Source: Nitrospirota bacterium
Lineage (GTDB): Bacteria > Nitrospirota > UBA9217
Assembly: GCA_963737155.1 (NCBI GenBank)
Contig: CAVTRN010000002.1
Span: forward strand, 2,816,001 to 2,880,000
DNA length: 64,000 bases
Direction of reading: 5' to 3'
Shown here: piece after piece, positions 10,226 through 20,065 of the stretch
Numbering within the stretch: the first letter of the stretch is position 1
How the letters are laid out: each line of letters opens with the position of its first letter
The notes under the pieces: model-generated
The model's database searches: none
What the model saw: only the letters and a program-made list of their open reading frames with translations
What the model was told of the DNA's origin: nothing
Translations under genes and position numbers: made by a program

Positions 10226-10559
10226 CAGGCTGTCCCCTGCTCCGACGGCGTAACCCGAAGCACAGATGCCCACGACGGAGATGGTAACGCCCCCAGACAA
10301 TGTCGCAAACTCTCCTGCGTAACAGCCGAAACAATAGCAGTACAAATTGATTGCCCGAAGGGGCCTATCATGTACATCAGCTTTTGCCTTGCCCCTGAAG
10401 CCGTGCCGCACGGGAAAAACATTCTCTTCCTACCTAACTTTTCAGCAGAAATTGGCTATCAAGGGCCGCCTTAAACAGAACTCGGGTAATATTGACAGGC
10501 CCTCCTTCCAGCCTTCACCGCTCGGGAAAATGCGGCTGCTTTATTTCTTAAGTCGCAGG

Positions 10560-11010
10560 TCCTTGGTAAGTTGTTTTTCGATAAAGGTTTGATGAGAGCC
10601 CAGCTTCCGGTTTAATGCGAAGGAACTTAATACTCATACCTGGCAGACGCAACGGACGTTTGCTCTTATCAATACAGTTTAATACTTCTCCGTCGATCTT
10701 GATTTCCGTGTTCCCCCATCTACAGGGTCATGGGGCCCTGCGAGCGCGTCAACGTGGCCTCGGCGTGCCTACTATTTATGCCGTGCTCCAAAAACGCTGT
10801 AAAACAGCCCATGCGAGCACCCGTTTCAACGACCTGGCCACTTTCGATAATTATATTCAGACAGATGATGAGGCAAATATAGCTATGATGCATTGCCTTT
10901 GTCGTCCACTGACTGGCTAGATATAACGTGTGTGGATCGACCGGCTTCCTTAGAAATACAGCAGCCCCTTCCTTCAGGCAGGTTTCTTCGGTAACGAGGT
11001 TTTCCGGCGC
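10560..11010 (-). pseudogene. Decayed paralog of the adjacent REC-PilZ protein (C-terminal part)
   Basis: CLKEGAAVFLRKPVDPHTLY, CLNIII, EHGI and, in another frame, IKIDGEVL..PLRLPGMSIKFLRIKPE align with the protein at 11287-12069. Confidence 0.75.
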
Positions 11011-11042
11011 AGGACAATTAAACACTCCTGAGATATAGGCAC

Positions 11043-11249
11043 CTACTTCCGCTCGTACTTTCTCAGTTCCGTAATGCTCTCACCACCAATTCCCCAGTTG
11101 TCGGTATCCACCTCTTCTATGACTACAACTGTGGTTTTAGGATTTTTCCCAAGGATATCCTGAAGCATCTTGGTGATTCCCTGGATCAGCTGCGCCTTCT
11201 GAGCAGGTGTAGCGCCTTCTCTGGTGATTTTTATATTCACATAAGGCAT
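11043..11249 (-). CDS. 4-oxalocrotonate tautomerase family protein
   Basis: Catalytic Pro1 (MPYVNIK), QKAQLI and EVDTDNWGIGG. Confidence 0.92.
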   Translation of the reverse strand: MPYVNIKITREGATPAQKAQLIQGITKMLQDILGKNPKTTVVVIEEVDTDNWGIGGESITELRKYERK

Positions 11250-11286
11250 ATCATCCCTCCGGAATCATGCACATCAAGTTCCCGAT

Positions 11287-12069
11287 TTAAAGAACCGGCC
11301 CGCCACTACGCGCCATAGTCAGTCCTTTGGTAATCTCTCGTCCGATAAAGTACTTGATCATTCTTTGATCCTCGGGTTTAATACGGACAAACTTTATGCC
11401 CATCCCCGGTGTTTTTAATGGACCTTTACCGCGCTCGAAGCTGTAGAGTATCATCCCCTCAACGTGGATCTTCGTACCTTCCAGAAAAATCGTGATTGAT
11501 AGCTCAAGGCCGATCGGCTTAGGCTTTGATGTGCTGATGTATATCCCGTTCTCTGACAGGGCGGACACATAGTCTCCGATCACGTTATTCGAGTTCTCAT
11601 CATTGCCAACGATCACGTTGAGGCAGGTATTGAGCCGGATAAACTTGCGGGGGATCGATTCCGTCGCATTCTGAATGGCCGAATAGAGCACATCAGGATC
11701 GATCGGTTTCTGGAGATATTCGTTGCACCCTTCACGCAAGCAGGCATCTTTCATAGCGGGGTCTTTTGATGCGGTGAGAATAAAGACTGGAATTGCATAA
11801 GACTTCGGGTTCCGCCTGATCTTTTTTAGGAATTCCAACCCGCTCATTCCGCTGAGATTGATTTCCGTCAGAATAAGTGCCGGATGGGCGACGTCGACGA
11901 GTTCCAAGGCATCTTCGGCATTCTTAGTTGTGTGGATATTGTATTCCAGCCGTTGTAGCAGGATGCTTGTATAATGCAGGTGGGAGCTGTCGCCGTCGAT
12001 GACCGCGAGAAGGCGCGTCACCCGCTCCCCCGGTTCAGATCCCGTTTTACGACCGTCGGATTGAGACAT
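11287..12069 (-). CDS. Atypical receiver domain plus PilZ domain protein
   Basis: REC fold with LILTEINL (Glu at the phosphoacceptor position) and YLQKP; PilZ PRKFIR, ALSENG and GMGIKF. Confidence 0.8.
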   Translation of the reverse strand: MSQSDGRKTGSEPGERVTRLLAVIDGDSSHLHYTSILLQRLEYNIHTTKNAEDALELVDVAHPALILTEINLSGMSGLEFLKKIRRNPKSYAIPVFILTASKDPAMKDACLREGCNEYLQKPIDPDVLYSAIQNATESIPRKFIRLNTCLNVIVGNDENSNNVIGDYVSALSENGIYISTSKPKPIGLELSITIFLEGTKIHVEGMILYSFERGKGPLKTPGMGIKFVRIKPEDQRMIKYFIGREITKGLTMARSGGPVL

Positions 12070-12158
12070 AAAACCTTCCCCTTACAACATGAATTTGCCG
12101 GAAAGCCTGCGGCCTACCTTTCCCGGCGAATGTTCATCGTGTAACTATTTTCCCGTTT

Positions 12159-12770
12159 TCAGAGAGGCAGTTTGATTTTATACTGGAGCGCAAGCATTCG
12201 CAAGATGAATGTTACCGCAATACAAGCGGCTACCGCCGCGATATTATTGCCGAAGAAACGGACCCCAAGAAGATAAGCCCAGGCGCCGACGAATGAGCAG
12301 GTTGCATACAACTCCGCTCTTCGAAAAACGTAGGGAATTTCATTGCAAATGATATCACGCATTACTCCGCCGAATACGCCGGTAATGACGCCGAGAAGCG
12401 ACGATATGAATAGAGCGCAGCCGAGCTGGTCAGCAATCGATGTGCCGGACGCGCTGAAGGAACCGAGGCCTAAAGCATCGAGTGCAAGTACGATATTTAC
12501 GAGGCCTTTTTTTTCGAAGATATCCTGCGCCGCCATGCTGGATACGATTGCCAGGACCAGAAGGAGAATGGCGTACTCGTAATGTTCTATCCAGAACAGG
12601 GGATGGCGGTTCAGGATGATGTCGCGCAGCGACCCGCCGCCCAGCCCCGTGACCATAGCCAAGGAGTAAATGCCGATAATATCCATCCCCTTCTTTTTAG
12701 CCGCGTAAATGCCGGTCAAGGCAAAGGCGATAATACCGACTACTTCAATAGACTTGACAAGGGTATTCAT
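12159..12770 (-). CDS. Trimeric intracellular cation channel / UPF0126 membrane protein
   Basis: AFALTG, TGLGGGSLRD, DALGLG and TGVFGGVMRD repeats. Confidence 0.9.
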   Translation of the reverse strand: MNTLVKSIEVVGIIAFALTGIYAAKKKGMDIIGIYSLAMVTGLGGGSLRDIILNRHPLFWIEHYEYAILLLVLAIVSSMAAQDIFEKKGLVNIVLALDALGLGSFSASGTSIADQLGCALFISSLLGVITGVFGGVMRDIICNEIPYVFRRAELYATCSFVGAWAYLLGVRFFGNNIAAVAACIAVTFILRMLALQYKIKLPL

Positions 12771-13246
12771 CAGATTGTGTTGTTATCGTCCGCCGATTCC
12801 CGGGGGTTTATCCTGATACCGAGAATCCGCCACTGGCCTTTCTGCTTAATCAGCGACAGCTGCAGATCGACGGATCCCTTGTCACAATCGGTGGAGGCGA
12901 CGTACAAAGCAGTTATCGTAACGCCAGTCAAGAATGAAAGGGTTATCTGCGCCTCCCCCGTTGATCCTTTATATTCGCGCAGCGGCCCCATTTTCCGAAG
13001 AATGGTGAAGTACCGTTTCAGATCGGCATAATCCACCGTGGCGTTGAACTCATCGCTGGCCCGGTTCTGAAGCTCTGCGATATCCCAATCCGCAGCAATT
13101 GCAGGAATAGCAGCATCGACAAAGGACTTGCTTTCTTTATCCAGCACGCTCCCCACGGAAGCCATGACTGCCGTCGCAAACGCAAGAAGCGCTCCGATTG
13201 CCAGCAATAAATTGCCAGTCCTCCTCAACATATTGTGTTTGGGCAT
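12770..13246 (-). CDS. Hypothetical exported or membrane-anchored protein
   Basis: N-terminal hydrophobic segment; C-terminal GQWRILGI; stop abuts the start of the downstream gene. Confidence 0.65.
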   Translation of the reverse strand: MPKHNMLRRTGNLLLAIGALLAFATAVMASVGSVLDKESKSFVDAAIPAIAADWDIAELQNRASDEFNATVDYADLKRYFTILRKMGPLREYKGSTGEAQITLSFLTGVTITALYVASTDCDKGSVDLQLSLIKQKGQWRILGIRINPRESADDNNTI

Positions 13247-13299
13247 ACCACCTCTTGAGATACATCAAATTTTTTTCGGTCACGATGCCTTGTTCGCGC

Positions 13300-15237
13300 T
13301 CATGGTCGAACGGCAACGCTGAGCTCATTAATCACCAATGCCGCGCTCACCGCATCATGCATGGCAATCGTCTTCGCCTCTTTCCATTGGTGCCGCAGTT
13401 TTTTGACATCCTCGCCCTTCGACTCGTGCGCCTTCAACATCCGGTCGATGACATCAAGCCGCTTGAACGCTTCCCGGCGGGTCTTTATTAGGATCCTATA
13501 CTTCTGCGGATCAGATTTTGGTATCGAAAAATCGCCGCTCGTCTTCCAGATGTCGCCGAGATGCAGCCATGCGGCAAAATATTCTGTTTTGCCGCCCTCC
13601 ATGGGCGTTATCCTCGATGTAGCCCTGATACTCTGCACATGCAGACCGTTCCGATCGGCGACCACCTTCTGGCTTCCTGTGAAAGGTTCGGCGCCCTGGG
13701 AATCGTAGTACCTCCATTTCACCGTTGAGACCTGTGTCTGCGAATCGTGGCAGCTTCCGCAGACCCTCGACTTGCCGTAGGGATGAGCAACTTCCTCCAC
13801 CTGCAGCCATGCAAGATATTTGTTGTTCCCGCCGGGAAAACTGAATGTGCCGAGCTGTGCATACGCATCGTGTGTCTCTCCCTGAGGCCAGCGGAAAATC
13901 AGTCCAGGCTTGGCCGCAATGGTTTCCTTGATGCCACCAACGCTGTTCGGCCATATTTTCGTCGGCATCCAGCGGCCATTCTGGTCCTTGATCAATATGG
14001 GCGGCTCCTGCGGCCCGTAATATAGGGAATACTTCTTGAACGGGTTCGGCCGGGACTCTATCAGACCAGGTCCCCACGAAGTCATCTCGTAACCACCGAG
14101 AATATTTACATGGCAGGCCGCGCAGACCATGTTTTTGTGAACGCTCCCGGCCATAGCCGCCTCAATCTCGAGATGACAGTCCTGACACGTGGCATTCCGC
14201 TCCAAGTGCCCCATGCCTTCCGGACCCGTTTCGTGGCAATCAACACACTCGATCTTTTTGCCGACGTGGACATCCTCGGGTAGACCAGGGGGCTCTGATA
14301 AATCCTTGCCGAGATAACTATCTCCACGACGGCGTTCCGTAGTCCCTGCGTGGCAGACAAAGGTGCTTCTGCCTCCACCAGAGCAGTTCAGCGACGGCGG
14401 GGTGCGGCTGAATGCATGGACGCCCTGCTTGCGTGAGGGCACATAGTGGCAGTCAAGACAGCCGGCATGGCATATATTGCATGCTTTCTGCTTGGCAATC
14501 GCCTGATCGTTAGACAGCGGAAGGTTAATTTCGGCAACGATCTTTTCAGTATTTTTGGAGGAGAACCTGTCACCTTCCGCCCGGCCGACCGGCTGGGTAT
14601 CCGCAAAGGATGGCCCTCAATTATTTGGACCATGAATATCGTTCCACGTCCGCATGGAACGCTGACGAAAGTTTGCACCCATCATGCTGGTATTGAACTG
14701 TTTCACTTCCTCGGGGTGGCACGAGGGTTTACCGCATGTCGCACGGGCGATGACGGGGTCATATCCGAGGGTTAGCGTGTTTCTGTCCTGCCATAGCAGC
14801 GTTCCCACGTCATAGTCCAAGGATCCGTCCGGGAGGCGAGGCAACAGCTCGCGCATCCGATCGCTGCCTGACGGCAAAATCTTAGTGACGTGGTCTTTCC
14901 GGGCTATAATGTTGAAATCGTTGTCCAACACGATGAGTTTCAGCAAGCCTTTGTGGGCTGTAACTGGATTGTCGGACAAACCATTGCCGAGGTGGCAGTC
15001 GCGGCATTCCGTGTTCGGATGGCGTGATTCCTTCTGTACTTGCTCACGAGTCATCATGAGTGCAGGATAGCCAAGGTGTATCATCCGCTCCCTATCCGAG
15101 TGGCATTGGACACACTTATCGCTCACTTGATAGCCAGAATAGAAGTAGATGAAGAGAAATATAGCGATAAACTGGGCAACAATGATCGTCATTCCAGTTC
15201 TCGTGCCAAATAATTTCCAGAGTTTACCGATTGCCAT
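13300..15237 (-). CDS. Membrane-anchored multiheme cytochrome c selenoprotein (645 aa, Sec at residue 207)
   Basis: The two ORF-track pieces share a frame. The 58 codons after TGA 14617-14619 are open and contain CNICH and CLDCH. Eight CxxCH in total plus CX4CH and CX9CH; N-terminal TM anchor; SECIS-like hairpin downstream of the TGA. Confidence 0.85.
14572..14616 (-). promoter_or_regulatory. Bacterial SECIS-like element
   Basis: mRNA UGA-GGGCCAUCCUUUGCGGAUA-CCCAGCC-GGUC-GGCCGGG-CGGAAGG. Upper hairpin at 14580-14597, with the GGUC loop starting 26 nt after UGA; CCUUU/GAAGG can form a lower stem. Confidence 0.75.
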
Positions 15238-15306
15238 GATGTACCAAGATTACCACAGGCAAATGCTCAAAACAATTAAAAATCATGGCTCGCTCAGTAT
15301 CAGACG

Positions 15307-15900
15307 CTACATGCCCTCAGGACATCGACGATGTCCATGCTTAATGCCTGTATAGCGTGGAGCACGCCGCCGATAAAACCCATGATAATCGAGAAAGGAC
15401 CGATTAGACTACTACGTCGGCGATCATCGTGAGAGAGAAAGCCAGTTCAGAAAAAGTATTCCAATCCACTGTTAAAATGGTGATGAGCTGCATGCAGGAG
15501 ACGAATAAAAAAGACCTGCCAGCTCGCCGTAGAGCCCCAAGAGCATGGTTTCCATGAAGATAGCAGAATGTATGCGCCTTCGAGAGCCTCCCCGTGCCCT
15601 TAGTGTCCCGATCTTGCTCGTCCGGTTCGCGACGGCCGACATGATATTTTGGAGCTAGTAGAAAAAATGTGGTCAGTATCAGGTCGAGGATGCGCAGAAT
15701 TTTCCATCACCATGCGGTCTGCATCACCCATACCTCGAAATTATAAACTGTTACTTCGTCGTCGAAAACGCCAACCGCCGTCCATTTCCCCATGCCGGAA
15801 CTCAGCTGCGCGCCGATATCCGCTCCCCTAATACACTTGGCGACACTCAGCTATACAAGAACTTCCGACAAGGCCGGACTGGATATGCGGCCTGAAGGTG
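15307..15900 (-). pseudogene. MacB/FtsX-type ABC transporter permease remnant
   Basis: SAVANRTSKIGTLRA, METMLLGL, WNTFSELAFS, IMGFIGGVL.AI.A..MDIVDVLRA and WTAVGVFD, with stops and frameshifts. Confidence 0.75.
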
Positions 15901-16161
15901 AGCAGGAGGGAAAAACGATCATCACTGTTGCAATAATCGATGTTTTCAATCTTATACGGCTGTATTAGACCGTGCTCGTCTTGTCGATTTACGGTTTTGC
16001 AAGTTCTCATCCGCCATGTTCCGGCTCCGTAATGAAGATAGAAGGTCTTGCGCAAACCCTGGTTCAGATTGTTGTCGTCCCGCTGAGAATGCCAAAAGCC
16101 AGCTCATGTTCAAGATCCGTAGGTTTTCTTGAATAACGGCTCTTTTACGAATGAATCAACA

Positions 16162-17535
16162 TCAAAACAGTCGCTCCATGGCCTCGTCCACAGTTCGCAC
16201 CCCTATCAGTTCCATCTTTCCTGGGGCCGCAGACTTTTCAAGTCTATCGACATTTAGCTGAGGAAGCATGCATCGGGTGAAACCCAGTTTGGCCGCGTCC
16301 TTGAGCCGTGCCTCAGTCTGGCTGATTGCCCGCACTTCTCCTGCAAGACCCACTTCACCCATGACCACGGTCTGGGCATTAATTTGTTTTTCGCGGAAGC
16401 TCGAAGCAACTGCGGCAATCACGCCGAGGTCGACTGCCGGTTCGTCGATTGTGAGCCCACCCACGATATTGACGAACACATCCATGCCCATAAGGTGCAT
16501 GCCCATGCGCTTCTCGAGCACGGCAAGCAGGAGCGACACGCGGTTGAAGTCAACACCAATGCAAGTCCTGCGCGGCATGGCGAGCTTAGAAGGCGCCACG
16601 AGCGCCTGCAGCTCCGCGAGAATCGGCCGCGATCCTTCGAGGGACGATACGACCACTGAGCCCGTGGCGTCGGCTGGCCGCTCGGCAAGGAACATCTCGG
16701 ATGGGTTGACCACTTCGGCCAGTCCGCCTTCCTTCATCTCGAATACACCAATCTCGTTCGTGGAACCGAAGCGGTTCTTTACAGCGCGAAGAACGCGGAA
16801 AGCGTGCCCCTTGTCCCCCTCAAAATAGAGGACGGTATCAACGATATGTTCGAGTACACGAGGTCCGGCGATAGCTCCGTCCTTGGTAACATGGCCGATG
16901 AGGAACGTCGGTACGCCCGATCTCTTAGCATAGAGCATGAGTCGTCCGGACACCTCGCGCACCTGGCCGACGCTGCCTGGCGCTGACGGTAGCTCGGAAG
17001 TGAACACGGTCTGGACTGAATCTACGACCAGCACCTGAGGCTGGAGACCGTCGGCCGCGTGCAGAATTTCCTCCAACTGCGTTTCGGCCAGCACGTAAAG
17101 ATTCTCGCCCTTCACGCCGAGCCGGAGCGCGCGCATCTTAATTTGCGACGGAGATTCCTCGCCCGAGACATAGAGCGCTTTGCCCCGTAGGTCGGAAACT
17201 TGCTTGAGCATCTGAAGCACGAGTGTGGATTTGCCGATGCCGGGGTCACCACCAATTAGCACGACCGAGCCGGAAACAATCCCCCCACCGAGCACGCGAT
17301 CGAACTCCCTGATCTTTGTCACGAAGCGATCCTCGTCCCTCGCCTGGATATCTTCGAGCAGGAGGGGTTCGGCGCCATGACCGCGTTTTGCGCTCCCGAT
17401 GTCCTTTGCCTTTTCCATCCGCTCCTCGACCATGGTGTTCCATGCACCGCAGTCAGGGCACTTCCCCATCCATCGGGGAGACTGGCTGCCACATGACTGG
17501 CAGACGTAAACTGTTTTGGTTTTATGGGGTTTCAT
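16162..17535 (-). CDS. radA: DNA repair protein RadA/Sms
   Basis: CxxC-CxxC zinc finger, GGDPGIGKST, KNRFG and Lon-like C-terminus. Confidence 0.98.
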   Translation of the reverse strand: MKPHKTKTVYVCQSCGSQSPRWMGKCPDCGAWNTMVEERMEKAKDIGSAKRGHGAEPLLLEDIQARDEDRFVTKIREFDRVLGGGIVSGSVVLIGGDPGIGKSTLVLQMLKQVSDLRGKALYVSGEESPSQIKMRALRLGVKGENLYVLAETQLEEILHAADGLQPQVLVVDSVQTVFTSELPSAPGSVGQVREVSGRLMLYAKRSGVPTFLIGHVTKDGAIAGPRVLEHIVDTVLYFEGDKGHAFRVLRAVKNRFGSTNEIGVFEMKEGGLAEVVNPSEMFLAERPADATGSVVVSSLEGSRPILAELQALVAPSKLAMPRRTCIGVDFNRVSLLLAVLEKRMGMHLMGMDVFVNIVGGLTIDEPAVDLGVIAAVASSFREKQINAQTVVMGEVGLAGEVRAISQTEARLKDAAKLGFTRCMLPQLNVDRLEKSAAPGKMELIGVRTVDEAMERLF

Positions 17536-17649
17536 GGGAAATCATTTTCTCCTTGCGAGTTCATCACTCCCCAGAGACCTCTTCGGGACTGGGCGGCCAG
17601 AAACATGTCAAAAATAGTAGCCCCCTCAAAAGGCAAGGTCAAATGATGA

Positions 17650-18165
17650 TTATCGGCTTTCGATACTATCCTGCTTAAAAATCCTGCCATACCATACGCG
17701 TGAGTAGGGCATGACATCTTCCACCTTTTCCCGCTTAATTTCTGTAAACACTGAGGGGATTTCAGGGAAGAACGCATCTCCTTCGACAAGACAATGAATG
17801 ACGGTTAAATAAATCCTGTCCACTAGGGCGATGGTCTGACGAAAGATATTCTCCCCGCCGCAGATGAACATTTCATCCGCCCCTGTACATGCGGCGTACG
17901 CCGACTTCAGGTCGTGAACAACCATGCACCCGGACGCGGAATAGTTCTCGTTGCGAGTTAACACAATGTTCGTTCTGCCGCTGAGCGGTTGGCCGATACT
18001 CTCATAGGTTTTTCTGCCCAGGATGATGGGATGTCCTCGAGTGATTGAGTGAAAGCGTCTGCGGTCCGAGGGCAAATGCCAGGGCATTTTATTATTCCTT
18101 CCAATCACCCTATTTTCGGCCATTACGGCGATAATTGAAACAACCATCCTTTGCGGTTTCCTCAT
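17650..18165 (-). CDS. folA: Dihydrofolate reductase
   Basis: VIGRNNKMPWHLPSD, ILGRKTYES, LSGRTNIVL and GDAFFP. Confidence 0.95.
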   Translation of the reverse strand: MRKPQRMVVSIIAVMAENRVIGRNNKMPWHLPSDRRRFHSITRGHPIILGRKTYESIGQPLSGRTNIVLTRNENYSASGCMVVHDLKSAYAACTGADEMFICGGENIFRQTIALVDRIYLTVIHCLVEGDAFFPEIPSVFTEIKREKVEDVMPYSRVWYGRIFKQDSIESR

Positions 18166-18682
18166 TCCCTGACACAGCTGTCTTTCTTATTACAACATAT
18201 TTTGGCTCAATGTTCAATGGCAATAATACATTACGTGAATATAGTATGTTTTTTATAGCAAAATAATCCCAACTATAAAAAACTATAGGCTATGCCGACA
18301 ATCCTGCAAAATTAGGGTTCCGCTTACAGAAAGTCCGGAGCCATTCTATAGCGGTGCATGTACGCTCCCTATCTGACACGAACTTTTCGGTCAGAATATG
18401 GATAATGATTTCGCGCTTTTGTAAACGTCGATGCCGTGCAAGAAATTCCTGCATGGTGATAGCATGAATGGATGTATTATAACATTAACATTTAAATCAT
18501 AATTGAGTGGTTCTATCTCCTTTGTCTACATGTCCGCATAGGGAACATTCCTGGCATCGATAGCCATGTTCGTACTTCCGACATAACTAATACTATGTTA
18601 TTGCAAAAAGAGTCGCAAATAATTAAAATATTAGCCTTTCGTCGTATAACCCAAAAAAGTAAATTGACTCTCCCTTGATTCT

Positions 18683-20062
18683 GTGTTAAGTATCTTATGG
18701 ATCATTATGAAAGCATCCCTGCACAGAACACTGAGATTCAAGATCGCACTGTTTATCATAATACTCTTGCTGGTCACTGCTTCCATTTTTTCTTGGCTGA
18801 CCATCCAGACCATGAACAGTCATATTCTCGATGAAGTGCTCAGACGGGCTGAATCAATATCCAAAAGCACGGCCGCCCTAGCGCCTTATAGCATACTATC
18901 CGGAGACATACTAGGCATCGACAACATCGTTTCTAAAGTCAAAGAAGCAAATTCCGATGTGGAGTACGTTGCGGTCACCGATGAGAATGGCAAAATTCTG
19001 GCCCACACGGATATCACAAAAAGAGGTTCGCTAATACAGCCGTCCCGCGGAGACACGCTTAAGGTGAATGGAGATGGCTTGCGCATCTCCGAAGTGAAAA
19101 GTGCAACGGATAATTTTTTTGAACTCACCGTTCCCATCGTCTTCAAAAACAAGCCGCTTGGCAATGTTATCATCGGAGTGAACAAGTCCGTGCTTCAACA
19201 TGCGAGGGAGGACACCCGGCGAAGGATCATGGTGGGACTCGTCATCGTCATGTTCCTGGGCATCGGGTGCATTATCGTTCTGTCTTCTCTCGTGACGCGG
19301 CCGATAAAGGAACTGTCCCGAGGCGTCCGCGATCTCCAGCAAGGAAGAAGAACAAAGCTTAGGATTTACTCTCACGATGAACTCGGGGGGTTGACGGAAG
19401 GTTTCAATCAGATGACCGATTTGATCTCGAAACAACAGGCTTCGCTCTGCGCTTCGGCGCAGGACCTGGAAGAGGCCTATGTTGCCACGGTCAAAGTCCT
19501 GTCAGCTGCAATTGATGCACGCGATCCCTACACGCTCGGTCATTCCACAAGGGTAGCAAAACTATCTCTGGAAATCGGAGAAATGCTAGGTTTTTCCCAT
19601 TCTGAACTGGAGGAGCTCGAGATTGCCAGCCTTTTCCACGACGTGGGCAAGCTGAAGACGCCCGACTATGTTCTACTTAAGGAGGGCCCTCTGAACCCCT
19701 TGGAGCATCGCGAGATGACCGACCACACCGAACAGGGTGCAGCGATCTTGAGCAGGGCAAAGTCCCTTCAGAAGTACATACCGGCCGTCAGGCACCATCA
19801 CGAATGGTACAATGGTGAAGGCTATCCAGATGGCCTGCGCGGCAACGACATCCCGCTCCACGCCGCGATCATTTCGGTTGCCGACGCCTTCGATGCTATG
19901 ACGTCGTCGCGCCCCTATAAAAAGCCACGCACCTGCGAGGAAGCGCTCCGCGAGCTGAACCGATACTCAGGAAAGCAGTTTGCGCCCCGCATTGTCAAGG
20001 TTTTTCAACAGGTCGTCGAATCCCATCCCTGGCTTGTTGAACAGTTTTCAAGCAGAATCTGA
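18683..20062 (+). CDS. Membrane HAMP/HD-GYP c-di-GMP phosphodiesterase (probable start at 18707)
   Basis: Two TMs, sCache-like periplasmic domain, HAMP, DPYTLGHS, HDVGK, HHEWYNGEGYP and ADAFDAMTS.RPY. Confidence 0.92.
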   Translation: MLSILWIIMKASLHRTLRFKIALFIIILLLVTASIFSWLTIQTMNSHILDEVLRRAESISKSTAALAPYSILSGDILGIDNIVSKVKEANSDVEYVAVTDENGKILAHTDITKRGSLIQPSRGDTLKVNGDGLRISEVKSATDNFFELTVPIVFKNKPLGNVIIGVNKSVLQHAREDTRRRIMVGLVIVMFLGIGCIIVLSSLVTRPIKELSRGVRDLQQGRRTKLRIYSHDELGGLTEGFNQMTDLISKQQASLCASAQDLEEAYVATVKVLSAAIDARDPYTLGHSTRVAKLSLEIGEMLGFSHSELEELEIASLFHDVGKLKTPDYVLLKEGPLNPLEHREMTDHTEQGAAILSRAKSLQKYIPAVRHHHEWYNGEGYPDGLRGNDIPLHAAIISVADAFDAMTSSRPYKKPRTCEEALRELNRYSGKQFAPRIVKVFQQVVESHPWLVEQFSSRI

Positions 20063-20065
20063 ATC

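Noticed and set aside
10223-10340. TAG stop of the TPR gene followed by Pro-rich-looking sequence (possible pyrrolysine read-through)
   Set aside because: The Pro-rich continuation is in another frame and contains TAA stops, consistent with an eroding low-complexity tail.
18576-18603. ACATAA-N6-CTATGT palindrome resembling a dif/Xer site
   Set aside because: The outer arms match XerC/XerD consensus poorly; a regulator site upstream of the HD-GYP gene is as likely and cannot be assigned.
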